Source: Candidatus Bathyarchaeia archaeon (GTDB lineage: Archaea; Thermoproteota; Bathyarchaeia; Bathyarchaeales; Bathycorpusculaceae). From it: 64,000 nucleotides of DNA. Below the pieces are notes generated by a model. That model worked only from the letters and a program-made list of their open reading frames with translations, searched no databases and was not told the DNA's origin. How positions within the stretch are numbered: position 1 is the first letter of the stretch; each line of letters begins with the position of its first letter. The stretch covers positions 704,001-768,000 of the forward strand of contig JBEKKK010000001.1 in NCBI GenBank assembly GCA_050010755.1. The letters are read 5' to 3'. Below are positions 49,895-60,453 of the stretch, piece by piece. The position numbers and the translations under genes are program-made.

Positions 49895-50460
49895 AGGTAA
49901 TCTCCTCCTGCTTCTCCATAAATTTTCGCAGCTAAATCCTTAGTTATCTCTTCCGGTTTCCGAGCGTAGAGCTTGTAGGGCTCGTTTCCCCTCTCAACTA
50001 CCCTGAGGACGTTCCAACTTCCTTCCTGACAAACTTTGACACACTGGGGTTTCCCGTTGCATAAGTCGCAGATTACGATGTGCTTCTCTTTTGGATGCAT
50101 GTGAGGAACCCTGCCTGGACAAGCGCCAAAACACTGTCCACAGGCCGTGCAAGTTTCGTTGTTCACCAGCACCGCACCTGTCTTATTGCTTACTGACAGG
50201 GCTTTCACGGGACATGATTTCACGCAGGGATAGTCTTCGCATTGAGCGCAGAGGTGCGGAAATTCCAGTCCAGGGACAAGCATGAACACCCTCACTCTGG
50301 AAGCATCTGGCCAAATTCGATTTTCATGCGATAGCGAGCAGGCTATCTCGCATCTTCTGCATCCGCTGCATTTAGACAGGTCTCGGGCTATCCATATGGG
50401 TTCTTTTCTAGTCGGCAAACATTGTGCCTCTTGGAAATTCGTTGAATTTTCCTTAGTCAA
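49891..50460 (-). CDS. 4Fe-4S dicluster subunit of the adjacent AOR
   Basis: CSGCRRCEIAC, CAQCEDYPCVKSCP, CTACGQCFGACP, CDLC; 4-bp overlap with the AOR gene. Confidence 0.92.
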   Translation of the reverse strand: MTKENSTNFQEAQCLPTRKEPIWIARDLSKCSGCRRCEIACSLSHENRIWPDASRVRVFMLVPGLEFPHLCAQCEDYPCVKSCPVKALSVSNKTGAVLVNNETCTACGQCFGACPGRVPHMHPKEKHIVICDLCNGKPQCVKVCQEGSWNVLRVVERGNEPYKLYARKPEEITKDLAAKIYGEAGGDYL

Positions 50461-50591
50461 TGGTGTGATTTAAGGATGGTGTAACATTGTTACACTTCAC
50501 AGATTATCCAGCAGTCAGTTCGCACCAAGAAATTTCGCGATAACCTAATAATGTCGAACCTGACAAGGGATGCGGGAGGGCAGAGGGACGC

Positions 50592-51875
50592 TTGAGGGTA
50601 ATAGCCGACTTCCACATGCACAGCCGTTACAGCATGGCGACGAGCGAAAGAATGTGCATCAAGGAGATTAATCGTTTTGCAAAGATTAAGGGTCTAAAGG
50701 TTGTGGGCACGGGGGATTTCACGCATCCGAAGTGGCTTCAAGAGCTGAGTGAGACGCTGGTTCCTGAACCAGATTCAAACCTGTACAAGTCGGTCTCAGA
50801 TGACAATTCGACCGTGCGTTTCATCGTTACGACTGAAGTCAACACCGTCTTTGCAGCCAAGACTGGATTTAAGAAAGTTCACCACGTCATTCTGACGCCG
50901 AGCTTGGAAACCGCGGGACAAATTAATGATAGACTGGCAAAATACGGTAATCTGGCTTCAGACGGCAGGCCAACCCTGGACGTTAACGCGGCGCATCTGG
51001 TTGAGGAGGTCATGGAAGTTTCAGCTGACAACATGGTTTTCCCCGCTCACGCATGGACGCCTTGGTTCGGTATTTTCGGTGCTTTCAGCGGTTTCAACAC
51101 CATCCAAGAATGCTACGAGGACATGGCTAGGCACATCTATGCTTTGGAAACCGGTCTTTCATCAGACCCGCCTATGAACTGGAGGCTGAGCGGCCTTGAC
51201 AGGTTTACGCTGGTTTCGAACAGTGACAGCCACAGTTTCTGGCCGTGGCGCATCGGAAGAGAGGCAAACGTCTTCGAACTTGAGAAGCCAGATTATCATG
51301 AAATGCTGGGTGCCATCCGTACAAAAGATACGGCACGATTAAAGTTTACGATAGAAACAGACCCTGCTTATGGCAAGTATCATTGGACCGGCCACAGAAA
51401 CTGCAATGTGTCGCTCTCGCCGCAGGAGGCAGCGAAGCTTGGAAACATCTGCCCAGTTTGCCGCAGAAACCTCACTAAAGGCGTTGAGCAACGTGTTGAA
51501 GAGCTTGCTGACCGCCCGGCGAATTTTAAGCCTGAAAACACCCCCGGGTTCGTGCGTCTGCTTCCGCTCTCGGAAATCATTGCCACATCATTAGGAGTTG
51601 ATTCACCATCCTCTGAGAAGGTGTGGGGCGTTTACAACCCGCTCATAGAGAGATTCGGGGACGAGTACTCCGTTCTGATTGATCGTTCGAGAGACGAACT
51701 GAGCTCCGTTGCGGGTGAACAGCTGGCCGAGGCAATACTGCGTGTTCGAGACGGGAAGGCCAGGGTTGTCCCTGGTTTCGATGGCGTTTATGGGCAACTT
51801 GTTCTTGATGAGAAGGCGCATGGTCAAATCTTGCCGAAAAGAGTTCAACAGTTGAATCTAAATGATTTCGTATAA
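50592..51875 (+). CDS. Endonuclease Q family (PHP domain, TIGR00375-like)
   Basis: DFHMHSRYS, GTGDFTHP.W, PAHAWTPW, ETGLSSD, SNSDSHS, YGKYH..GHR.C, CPVC. Confidence 0.9.
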   Translation: MRVIADFHMHSRYSMATSERMCIKEINRFAKIKGLKVVGTGDFTHPKWLQELSETLVPEPDSNLYKSVSDDNSTVRFIVTTEVNTVFAAKTGFKKVHHVILTPSLETAGQINDRLAKYGNLASDGRPTLDVNAAHLVEEVMEVSADNMVFPAHAWTPWFGIFGAFSGFNTIQECYEDMARHIYALETGLSSDPPMNWRLSGLDRFTLVSNSDSHSFWPWRIGREANVFELEKPDYHEMLGAIRTKDTARLKFTIETDPAYGKYHWTGHRNCNVSLSPQEAAKLGNICPVCRRNLTKGVEQRVEELADRPANFKPENTPGFVRLLPLSEIIATSLGVDSPSSEKVWGVYNPLIERFGDEYSVLIDRSRDELSSVAGEQLAEAILRVRDGKARVVPGFDGVYGQLVLDEKAHGQILPKRVQQLNLNDFV

Positions 51876-52101
51876 GAAAACAGTTAGATGCTAGTTTCTG
51901 AACCCGCCCTCATTGCAAATGATAACTGCATGTCCGACGTTGCTCCCACTTACCTTCTCAAACATGTAGAGTTTCGTCCTGAATGCGTTTTGAAGTCTTT
52001 CGCGCGCGTACCTGTTTGGTCAAGAACAAGAATCCACTTAGCGAACGATATGGAAAAGACTTTCTATCGAACGAATTCGCATGAAAATGAGGCAAACCGA
52101 A

Positions 52102-52575
52102 TCAACTTGAGTCCACCGTCAGGCTAACCGTCTCAGTGTCAAATCTTGTTGAGTTGAAGTAAAACTCCGCATTTATTGGGTATGTGCTCGTGAGAGCCCC
52201 TCCTGTCGATGTTGGGATGACGGTCAAAGAGTAAGTCGATTGTTGACCAGCATTTAGGCTCATCTGGAAGTATGGCAACCCCTCACTATTAGGAAGCGGA
52301 GAACCATCCTTAAAGAAAGTCAAAGGACTAGTAGTGTTGAATATCAGCATTACGTTGTGCGGCTCAACTGCGTCATTATTCTTGATTGTAAAATTAAATA
52401 GGGCAGATTTATTTACGACCACTTCGCTCGGATTCAAAGAAACACCGCTCACTGTGAATGCCGAAGTTCCCTGAGTAGAATACCACCATGCGACCCCAAT
52501 GATTATACCGACAACAATCAAAACTAGAATTAGGATTCCACCTTTGGCTATTCCACTGTTTGAACGAGAATGCAA
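52102..52575 (-). CDS. Membrane-anchored/secreted Ig-like protein
   Basis: N-terminal hydrophobic helix and Ser/Thr/Asn-rich beta domain. Confidence 0.7.
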   Translation of the reverse strand: MHSRSNSGIAKGGILILVLIVVGIIIGVAWWYSTQGTSAFTVSGVSLNPSEVVVNKSALFNFTIKNNDAVEPHNVMLIFNTTSPLTFFKDGSPLPNSEGLPYFQMSLNAGQQSTYSLTVIPTSTGGALTSTYPINAEFYFNSTRFDTETVSLTVDSS

Positions 52576-52706
52576 AATAGTTCTTTCTCCAAGTTGATGA
52601 CACGACAGAGACGCTTTTAAGTTTAACTATAGAGTCAAGGATTCAAAGTCAAAAGACAGAAATCTTAAATCTGCACAGCAACAGAGGACAAACTACAGGC
52701 TCAAGA

Positions 52707-52934
52707 ATGAGTAAGGCTTTGCCAGAGAATAGAAAACCATTGAAATGTGACTTTGAGGAATGCCCAGAAATGGTTCAATGGTATAGAAAGTATAAAGGAA
52801 AACTCTGGAAATTATGCACTAAACATGAGGCTTTTATGGCAAGGCAACATCAAGGTCATTCTGTAGACCGTGACCACTTAACCCCAGATGATTGGCGATA
52901 CTTGAGGCAAAAGGATTTAGAAGAAGAAGAGTAG
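52707..52934 (+). CDS. Small Zn-finger-like hypothetical protein
   Basis: CDFEEC...LCTKH; preceded by the repeated leader. Confidence 0.65.
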   Translation: MSKALPENRKPLKCDFEECPEMVQWYRKYKGKLWKLCTKHEAFMARQHQGHSVDRDHLTPDDWRYLRQKDLEEEE

Positions 52935-53005
52935 TCTCTAGTCAAGCTGAAAGACAGAAATCTTAAATCTGCACAGCAACAAAAGACGAACTAGAGGTTC
53001 AACAA

Positions 53006-53392
53006 ATGACATTACCAAACTTGGACGAAGTGCGCTATGCTGTTTCAGATTCAATCAAGACCGTTGAGAATCTAATCGAAAAGCTATCTACTCAAAAATC
53101 TCTAACTCACCAAGAATTTCGTCATGATTACCACTCTATAATGATGGAGCTTCTTCAAATTGAGGATGAAACCCAATTGCTTACTGTAAATGACAAATAC
53201 AGTAAGGGATTTTATAAAATGAAGAAAATCCTTCTTTCGCTGCTTGACATAGACAAAATAGAGAAGAAACACGCAAACGACCACTTCATTTTCTTGGACA
53301 CTCAACTTACGAAAGACATGCGAAAAGACCTAATCAAGTTCTTCAAGAACATCTCCAAGCAGCTTAAACAAGTTCTGAAAACACTCAACTAA
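53006..53392 (+). CDS. Hypothetical alpha-helical protein
   Basis: 128-aa ORF preceded by the same repeated leader. Confidence 0.65.
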   Translation: MTLPNLDEVRYAVSDSIKTVENLIEKLSTQKSLTHQEFRHDYHSIMMELLQIEDETQLLTVNDKYSKGFYKMKKILLSLLDIDKIEKKHANDHFIFLDTQLTKDMRKDLIKFFKNISKQLKQVLKTLN

Positions 53393-53466
53393 AGCTCTTG
53401 TCAAGCTGAAAGCTGAATATGAGAAGACGAAAACTTGGCTGAAGAGCGCGCGCTATAGCATGCATT

Positions 53467-54684
53467 TTAGGCTCCAATGTTCATGAAATCTGCAAGTGAA
53501 GAATTTTTCTGTTCTGTAACCTCTTTCTCAGGATAAGCCTTAGTTACGAGTTTACCTTTGAATGCCTTAGACATCAGGGAGTCCTGCAGTTTAGCGATTT
53601 CTTTGGTTGATATGCCTTGGTTCCCCCTTAAGCTGTTGATTCCTTCAACGATACTCACAAATCGCTCCTGCAAATCCAATCGTGGAAGTGGGATTCGCAG
53701 GTCACCGACTTGTTTAAGGTTCAAATGTAGTCTTGTAGCTCCTCTCTTGATGTTCTCAATTTGCTCTCTAACATAGTCAGTAGATAGCGCATGAACTACA
53801 TAAGTCGGGTTGACCAAATCTTTCCTGAGACGGACCAATGCTTGGTCTTGGTTCATGTTCGCAGGACAGACATCTGCTGTTACTATCGCACACCGTCCCA
53901 AAGTTCCTGCTATGCTAATCACAACGTCATCAGGGTGAAGTTGTGACCGTTTCATTCTTGAGTGAACCGTTTCTGTAATGTAGTCTGCATCATCAAGCAC
54001 AATTCTGAAGTCTTTTATGTTCTTGATGCGAATTATGGGGACTCCGCTGCTCTGATATCTGTCCCCCTTCCAAAGAGGCGACTCACCTTTGGTAATTAAG
54101 GTGCTCACTTCTTTCAGTTTCTTCATGGGTACATTGAAATCATGTGTCTTAGGGTCTCTAAACATTTGCACGAAGACAGCTTGAAGAAGTTTGTTTGTCA
54201 GCAGATTCGCCTGTTTCCTCTTTACAAGAAGGGCGTCAGCTTTTTCAAGAATTCTCACTATCCGTTCTTGGTAATCTAATGGAGGGACGATGATTTTCTT
54301 CCTTTTAAGGAACCTATAATGCCGGCTGTATCCTGCGTTTTCAATGGGTATCCATCGAAGTTGGTAGTAGAAGAACTTGGGAATCAGGATGTTCTTTCTG
54401 ACTCTAATGATTTTGGTTCCGTCTGCACCCACACAAAAAGGAAAATTCACGAATTTGACAATTCTTGTATGGTCACCAAAAATAACTGAGTCCCCTTCTT
54501 TGGGAAAGACTTTGGAAATCTCATCCGAATATCCTGCAATGAACTCTTGCCCTTGGTCAATAATCGGAAACTTTCCCTTCTCTTTGTAGTCAGAACGTTT
54601 TATTTTGATTTTCGAAGGGGTGCTATCTCCTTCTATGCAACTCTCAAAATCTACAATCCTCCAATCCTTTGGCAACGTTGTCAT
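53467..54684 (-). CDS. hsdS: Type I R-M specificity subunit
   Basis: Two TRDs (FGDHTR; KG..P/SIAGTLG) with PPL..QERIV and PLP...QERF conserved regions. Confidence 0.93.
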   Translation of the reverse strand: MTTLPKDWRIVDFESCIEGDSTPSKIKIKRSDYKEKGKFPIIDQGQEFIAGYSDEISKVFPKEGDSVIFGDHTRIVKFVNFPFCVGADGTKIIRVRKNILIPKFFYYQLRWIPIENAGYSRHYRFLKRKKIIVPPLDYQERIVRILEKADALLVKRKQANLLTNKLLQAVFVQMFRDPKTHDFNVPMKKLKEVSTLITKGESPLWKGDRYQSSGVPIIRIKNIKDFRIVLDDADYITETVHSRMKRSQLHPDDVVISIAGTLGRCAIVTADVCPANMNQDQALVRLRKDLVNPTYVVHALSTDYVREQIENIKRGATRLHLNLKQVGDLRIPLPRLDLQERFVSIVEGINSLRGNQGISTKEIAKLQDSLMSKAFKGKLVTKAYPEKEVTEQKNSSLADFMNIGA

Positions 54685-56165
54685 TCTATCATCTTTTTCA
54701 ATTCATCAAGGTCTTTCAAAATTTCCTCTTCACTTGTCATTACTTGGTCAATTATCTGAACGGGGTTCTCATAGTCAATTTGAACTTGTTCTATTTCCTT
54801 GTATTGTGAAATTGACAAACTAAAATTATTCTTCGTGATTCTATCAATAGGAACTACGATACTCTGAGTAGCTTCCTTACGTTTTCTGAACATCTCTATA
54901 ATGTTAGGAATGTCGCCTTTGCCATCAATGAAGTCCCTTTTTTGGTCCAGACTGTATCCATCTTTTAGCATTTCATAGAACCAAACATTCTCAGTCTTGC
55001 CACCTTTCACAAATACCAAAACTGCTGTGCTGACTCCCGCATACGGCTGAAACACTCCTGAGGGCATGGATACCACCGCTTCAAGCTGACATTTTTCCAA
55101 CAGCATTCTCCTAGCCTGCACATGAGCATTGGAAGAGCCAAACAAGACACCATTGGGAACAATTACAGCAGCTCTCCCACCGACTCTAAGCAGGTTATAG
55201 AACAACTCCAAGAATAGGAGTTCAGTTTTCGTGGTGGTAAGTTTGAATGCGTCATTGATGTCGCTTTTGTCTATTGACCCTGCAAAGGGTGGATTGGCAA
55301 AAACAATATCATACTGTTGTTTCTGTTCAAACTTTCTGGATAGTGTATCGGCATAGCGGATGTTTGGTCTTTCTATCCCGTGGAGAATCATGTTCATGAG
55401 TCCAATGCGAATCATCGTTGAATCAAAATCAAAACCGTAGAAAGTCTCTCTCTTCAGTAAGTTCCAATGAGCTTTTTCAACTATTCTGTCGCCTACAAGA
55501 TTATGCGCTTTGCCGTCCTCTTCGGTTACAATTATGTCGTTGCTTGTGTATTTTCTGAGGATGTGTTCATATGCCCCGATTAGGAAGCCTGCTGTTCCAC
55601 AGGCAGGGTCACAGACTGTTTGTCCAATGTCAGGGTCAACAAGCTCAACCATCATGCGGATTACGTGTCTTGGAGTCCTGAACTGTCCATTCTTCCCTGA
55701 GGTTTTCAACTCACTCAAGAGGTATTCATAGATGTCTCCTTGAGTGTCTTGGTTTCTTTCCGTGATGTTCATCTCATCAATTATTGCAACCGCTTCCTGT
55801 AGCAGAGAAGCCTTCGGGATGGCAAACATGGCATCTTTCATGTATTGAGAGTAGAGAACGTCATCTCCGTTGTGAAGAGTCTTTATGAAGGGAAAGACCA
55901 CTCCTTGAAAATGCTTGAGCATGTCCTCAGCATTCAGATGCTTCCATTGAGACCACCTGCAGTTTTCGTGCCCTTCAAAGACGGATTTGTGCTGTTCTCC
56001 TCTTGCTGCGGCCCTTTTGGCGTGGATTGCGTCCAAGTCTTCGAGTCTCTTGATGAAAATCAGATAGGACATTTGTTCAATTGCGGTTAGCGGATTTGCT
56101 ATTCCTCCTGACCAAAACCTATCCCAGAGCTTGTTAATCTGCGACTTGAGTTCAGGAGCTAACAC
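54681..56165 (-). CDS. hsdM: Type I R-M m6A methyltransferase subunit
   Basis: GQFRTPRH, DPACGTAGFL, ANPPF, VPNGVLF; likely GTG 56165. Confidence 0.95.
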   Translation of the reverse strand: MLAPELKSQINKLWDRFWSGGIANPLTAIEQMSYLIFIKRLEDLDAIHAKRAAARGEQHKSVFEGHENCRWSQWKHLNAEDMLKHFQGVVFPFIKTLHNGDDVLYSQYMKDAMFAIPKASLLQEAVAIIDEMNITERNQDTQGDIYEYLLSELKTSGKNGQFRTPRHVIRMMVELVDPDIGQTVCDPACGTAGFLIGAYEHILRKYTSNDIIVTEEDGKAHNLVGDRIVEKAHWNLLKRETFYGFDFDSTMIRIGLMNMILHGIERPNIRYADTLSRKFEQKQQYDIVFANPPFAGSIDKSDINDAFKLTTTKTELLFLELFYNLLRVGGRAAVIVPNGVLFGSSNAHVQARRMLLEKCQLEAVVSMPSGVFQPYAGVSTAVLVFVKGGKTENVWFYEMLKDGYSLDQKRDFIDGKGDIPNIIEMFRKRKEATQSIVVPIDRITKNNFSLSISQYKEIEQVQIDYENPVQIIDQVMTSEEEILKDLDELKKMIE

Positions 56166-59011
56166 GTGTTCCTTTCCTCTCCAATTGAGCACATAGTTGT
56201 ATTACTTCCTTCAAATCTTCATCTTCAAACAATGGAATAGGAGCGTTGACTCCAAAATTGGTGAAAGGAGGCTCAAACAAGTCACCATAATCAATATGAT
56301 GCTTCTTGGTAAAAACTGTCTGTATAGTTCTCAGAAAGTTCACTTGGTCAGCATTAAGATAGTTCTTCTCAATCATGAACGTCTTAAAAGCATCTTCAAT
56401 CATCTTCTTAGGTTCAGGAAAACTGTACAAGCCTAAAACGTTCTTGATGAACTGCACAAGTGTTCCCCTGTTTTGTTTGAAGGCTTTCTGCAACACTTCT
56501 TCCGTGATGTAGAGCTCAGGACTATTCAGAGTCAACTCAAGATTTACCAAGTCTTCCTCGTTCAAGGCCTCATTATTCTTTATCTTTAGAATTGTCGGAT
56601 TTTTATCAGCAAGCTGCCTAATCCTCTCTTCAACTTTCTGAATGTAGGTTTTCACATACTCATGAGAAGGCAACGGTCCATACGCAATGATTTCTCTCTC
56701 TTTTATCCAATCATCAATATCCAATTTGATAGTAGGTCTTGGTTCAGAAAGCTTGTATCGCATCAACGGACCAAATTCTCTACCAAGCATCTGAGCATCT
56801 TCATAGGATATGCTTGTCCAAAAATCAGCACGGAGAACCCTGTTTAGCAAATGTTGCTTTTCCTTTACTGCATTAATCGTTGTTGGCAGACAGTTCAAGT
56901 ATTCTCCTATAGAGTCCCGAAGTGCTTCAATCTCTACTTGACTCTTGTGCAAGATTGCCAAACTCAACTGCTCAACTTTAAGCATGAAATAGGCTTCATC
57001 AGGATTGACATCAGACTTGTACTTCATAAGCGGAGCAATCTTTCCCTTCAAAAACTCCAACTGATTAACGCCTATCATATCCCAAAAATCAGGAGAAAGC
57101 GCCTTCTCCAACTCCCTCATATGTTCCTTAACAGAAGCTGAATCCACAGGCAAGCTATTCATATCAGCAGTCAGTTTTCCCTTGACCTGCTCAGACCTCA
57201 CATCTTTGACACTTAGGAAATAGTCCATTTGCTGCAATCTTGCAATGAAAATCTTTATAGGAACAGCCTCAGCAGGCTTCTCCTCTTTCCCAGGAGGATG
57301 CATCTTGAACCATTCAAAGTTCTTCCAAAAATCAAAAATCAAAAATCAAAAAATACTCTTTCTTACGGTTTGGCAACCAATGCCTATGAAGCTCTTTACA
57401 GGTTTGGTCATTTCTTGTACCTCTGCCAATCATCTGCCAAAACCTAATCTTGGAAAACACAGGCTTGGCAAAAGCAAGATTGCACACTTCGGGAACATCT
57501 ATCCCCGTATCAAGCATATCAACCGAAATGGCAACCTTCGGAAAATCATCATTTTTGAATTCGCTAATCAGCTGCTGTGCTCTGCTGTCTTCTGAAACTA
57601 TGATTCTTGTGAGCCTTCCTTTATACTGCGGATAGAGTTTTTCAAAGGCTTCCCACAGCCGTTTAGCATGCTTCTTTGAGACGGCAAATATGATTGATTT
57701 TGCAGGCAGAGTTCCTGTTTCATCCATCACGCAGTTGTCCATGAACTCTTTGACTATGGCTTCATTCGTGCCTACTACAACTACCTTTTTCTCAATGTCT
57801 GTGCCCTCAAAATTGAGTTCTTCCTCCTCAATCCCCAATTCCTCTAAAACTTTCTTCTTTACCTCGTCAGGCACGTCTTCAGGTTTTATACCTTCAATCT
57901 GAAAATAAGTTTGGGCAGCATAAACTTTGTAATCAACAAGGTAGCCCTCAGCTACAGCTTGTTCATAAGTGTAAAGATATGTTGGCACACCACCTTCACA
58001 TTCAAAAAACCTGAAGGTGTCTCTCTCTATCAATTCTGAAGGAGTGGCTGTCAAGCCTATTTCCATAGCGTCAAAATATGTGAAGACCTCTTTCCACTTA
58101 TTGTATATGGACCTGTGAGCTTCATCTGAAATGATAACGTCAAAATCACCGCAAGAGAATTGCTGATAACACTCCATGAAAGTCTGTATTGTGGACGCGT
58201 AAAGACGTGGGAACTTCTGCACGTCTCCTGAAAAAACCTTCACCTTGGATTCATTTGGAAAGAACGTTTTGAACCCCAAATCTCCGTAAGCCTGGTCTCT
58301 TAACGCTTTTCTGTCCGCAAGAAAAAGGATTCTCTGTCCTCTATTTGCCCTCAGCAGAACATCAATGAGTGCCATTGCCACACGTGTCTTGCCCGTGCCC
58401 GTTGCTTGAACAATGAGGAACTTTCTTTTCCCTTTCTCGATTCCTTCAAGAACTCTCTTAACCGCTTCAATCTGGTATGGTCTGTCAACAATTTCCTTCT
58501 TAATAGGCACATCTTGAAAGTCTTTCTTTGAATAATTTTGGAACCGTATCCTCTCAAGCGAGTTCCTGTCATGGAATCCACTGACCATTCGGGGATTCTC
58601 AAACGGCTTATTCCAAAACCAAATCTCATAACCATTAGTCAAAAAGATGAATGTATCCTTGCCTGTCTGCTGCCTAATATCTGCAACATAACCTTCAGCC
58701 TGCCTCTGCCCCAAAATAGGGTCTTTGGATGTCCTCTTGACTTCAACAACCGCCAAAGGAAGCCCTTTTGAATCCAACAACAGATAATCAGCATAAGCAC
58801 TATCCTCAGGATTCTTCAACGTCTCCGGCATCGTCTTGTACTTGCCATAGTTGAAGTCGGACTGTTTTGTATCGACTTCTTCAATGACTTTAGTTCTGTC
58901 TTTTGAGCCCCAACCACATCTTTTCAGCAATTTATCTATCTTTTCTCTACGAGTTCTATATTCAGACAGACCTGCCATTTCTGTCACTGATTCAGTCTGC
59001 AAATATGTCAC
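56152..59011 (-). pseudogene. hsdR: Type I R-M restriction subunit (EcoAI/EcoEI-like), split by a frameshift at a heptamer tandem repeat
   Basis: ORF 57332-59011: ADY..VEVK, RPYQ, ATGTGKT, DEAHRS, GLTATP, TGIDVP, QMIGRGTR; ORF 56152-57342 is the C-terminal part; (AAAAATC)3 at 57327-57347. Confidence 0.9.
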
Positions 59012-59119
59012 AAGATAGGCTATAGCATTTGTGCAGGTAAAGGTAGGCGCGCACTAACCAATCTATCAATGTAAATAAGACCTTTTAAGGTAGTACGTGT
59101 TTAACGATTCTGAGAAAGC

Positions 59120-60295
59120 ATGTTCTATACTGGATTTGACTCCACAAAATTAGCAAAAAAGTTCATCCCTTTAGAAGATTTCCTTAACAAGCCGCAGGAA
59201 TCTGACCAAACGAACGCTGAGGAACTGAACTCAGAATCTCCTAAACCTGAGCAACTCAAAGAGGAACCCATTGATTCCGAAGAGGCAAATGCAATGCCCA
59301 AGTTGCCTATTGTATTAAAGGCATTAATCGGAGCGTCAGTCACAACGCAAGACTCAGATTTTGACGAACATTATAAAACTACTCTTGGCAACGTATTTGA
59401 AAGACACGATATTCGACTGGAAAAAACGATTTACAAAGGCGCACACATAGTGAAGCAGATAGGCGCAAACTTTGACCAAGTATTTACTGAAATCTTGAAC
59501 GAAATAGGACCAGCTCTCGCTCATATAGACCTTTATTTTGCCACATATCCTAAACCGTTCGTTTCGATTTTTGGCAAGGCTCAAGGAGAGCGATTACGTC
59601 CTTTGGAATACATAGAGAAACATCAAAATGGATTTGCGCATGCGTGTGCATGGTGGCATTGGAGAACTTACTCTAGAGCTGAAACAGAATATGAATATCA
59701 TATTGACCATTTTGAAGGTAGGGCAACACCAGCATGGGCTGAAATGGAATCTAGCAAAGTGAACATAAAATCATACTACAATGGATCTGAATGCGACTGT
59801 CTTATTTCCTTTGCTGACCTTATCTTGAAAGCATTAGACATATTCCATTTTGGAACTATTGACTACCGAAGCATCTCTCAACCAATAAGGAAGAGAGCTA
59901 GAACCTTCGCCCTAACTCAAAAAATAAAGAGCTACGATTTAGCGAAATATGATTGGACAATAAAAGCAACAGTTCCTGAGTTGCCACTAGACATAAACCT
60001 CAATCGCTATGTGAAGCATCCAATATATTTCATTGCATGGACTCCAACATTACCAAGAAAAACAGTAAAAGTGAGTTTTGAATGGAGTAAATTATACAAC
60101 TCTATAATTCAGAAAGCGATTAAGGCAAAAGGGTGCGTGAAATTTCTGGACTTTGACAAAGACATGACTTTCTGGGATACAACCGATTTCATCATACCTT
60201 GGGAAGCCCCTGACGAAGAACATGTGAGGCTTCTATTAAGCATGGGATTTGAAAGGATGCCAAAAATACTAAAATCATCCGATATAATAACATAA
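59120..60295 (+). CDS. Hypothetical protein, possible DUF3800-like RNase H fold
   Basis: N-terminal GFDS, internal HIDH, LISFADLI resembling the (Q)xAD motif. Confidence 0.5.
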   Translation: MFYTGFDSTKLAKKFIPLEDFLNKPQESDQTNAEELNSESPKPEQLKEEPIDSEEANAMPKLPIVLKALIGASVTTQDSDFDEHYKTTLGNVFERHDIRLEKTIYKGAHIVKQIGANFDQVFTEILNEIGPALAHIDLYFATYPKPFVSIFGKAQGERLRPLEYIEKHQNGFAHACAWWHWRTYSRAETEYEYHIDHFEGRATPAWAEMESSKVNIKSYYNGSECDCLISFADLILKALDIFHFGTIDYRSISQPIRKRARTFALTQKIKSYDLAKYDWTIKATVPELPLDINLNRYVKHPIYFIAWTPTLPRKTVKVSFEWSKLYNSIIQKAIKAKGCVKFLDFDKDMTFWDTTDFIIPWEAPDEEHVRLLLSMGFERMPKILKSSDIIT

Positions 60296-60409
60296 CAAAA
60301 TAATGCGTTTTCACGCAAGGAGTGCACCCTTTGGGCTTAGAGTGTACCAAGTATACAGCGTTTATAAAGTCGTATTTAACACTTGTGGAGCACGGTTCTA
60401 TTTGTCATC

Positions 60410-60453
60410 GTCTCGCATGTGTCCCACGTCTGTCCAACGCGTGTCTCACATCT
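60410..60453. repeat. Four imperfect 11-bp tandem repeats (iteron-like)
   Basis: GTCTCGCATGT GTCCCACGTCT GTCCAACGCGT GTCTCACATCT. Confidence 0.7.

Larger units (their letters stand above)
52652..53412 (+). repeat. Cassette-like leader repeats in front of two small genes
   Basis: Identical 32-mer AAAGACAGAAATCTTAAATCTGCACAGCAACA at 52652-52683 and 52950-52981; CTCT(A/T)GTCAAGCTGAAAG follows both stop codons. Confidence 0.85.

Noticed and set aside
52652-52981. 32-bp direct repeat as a CRISPR repeat
   Set aside because: Only two copies about 300 bp apart with a gene between them; they look like promoter leaders.
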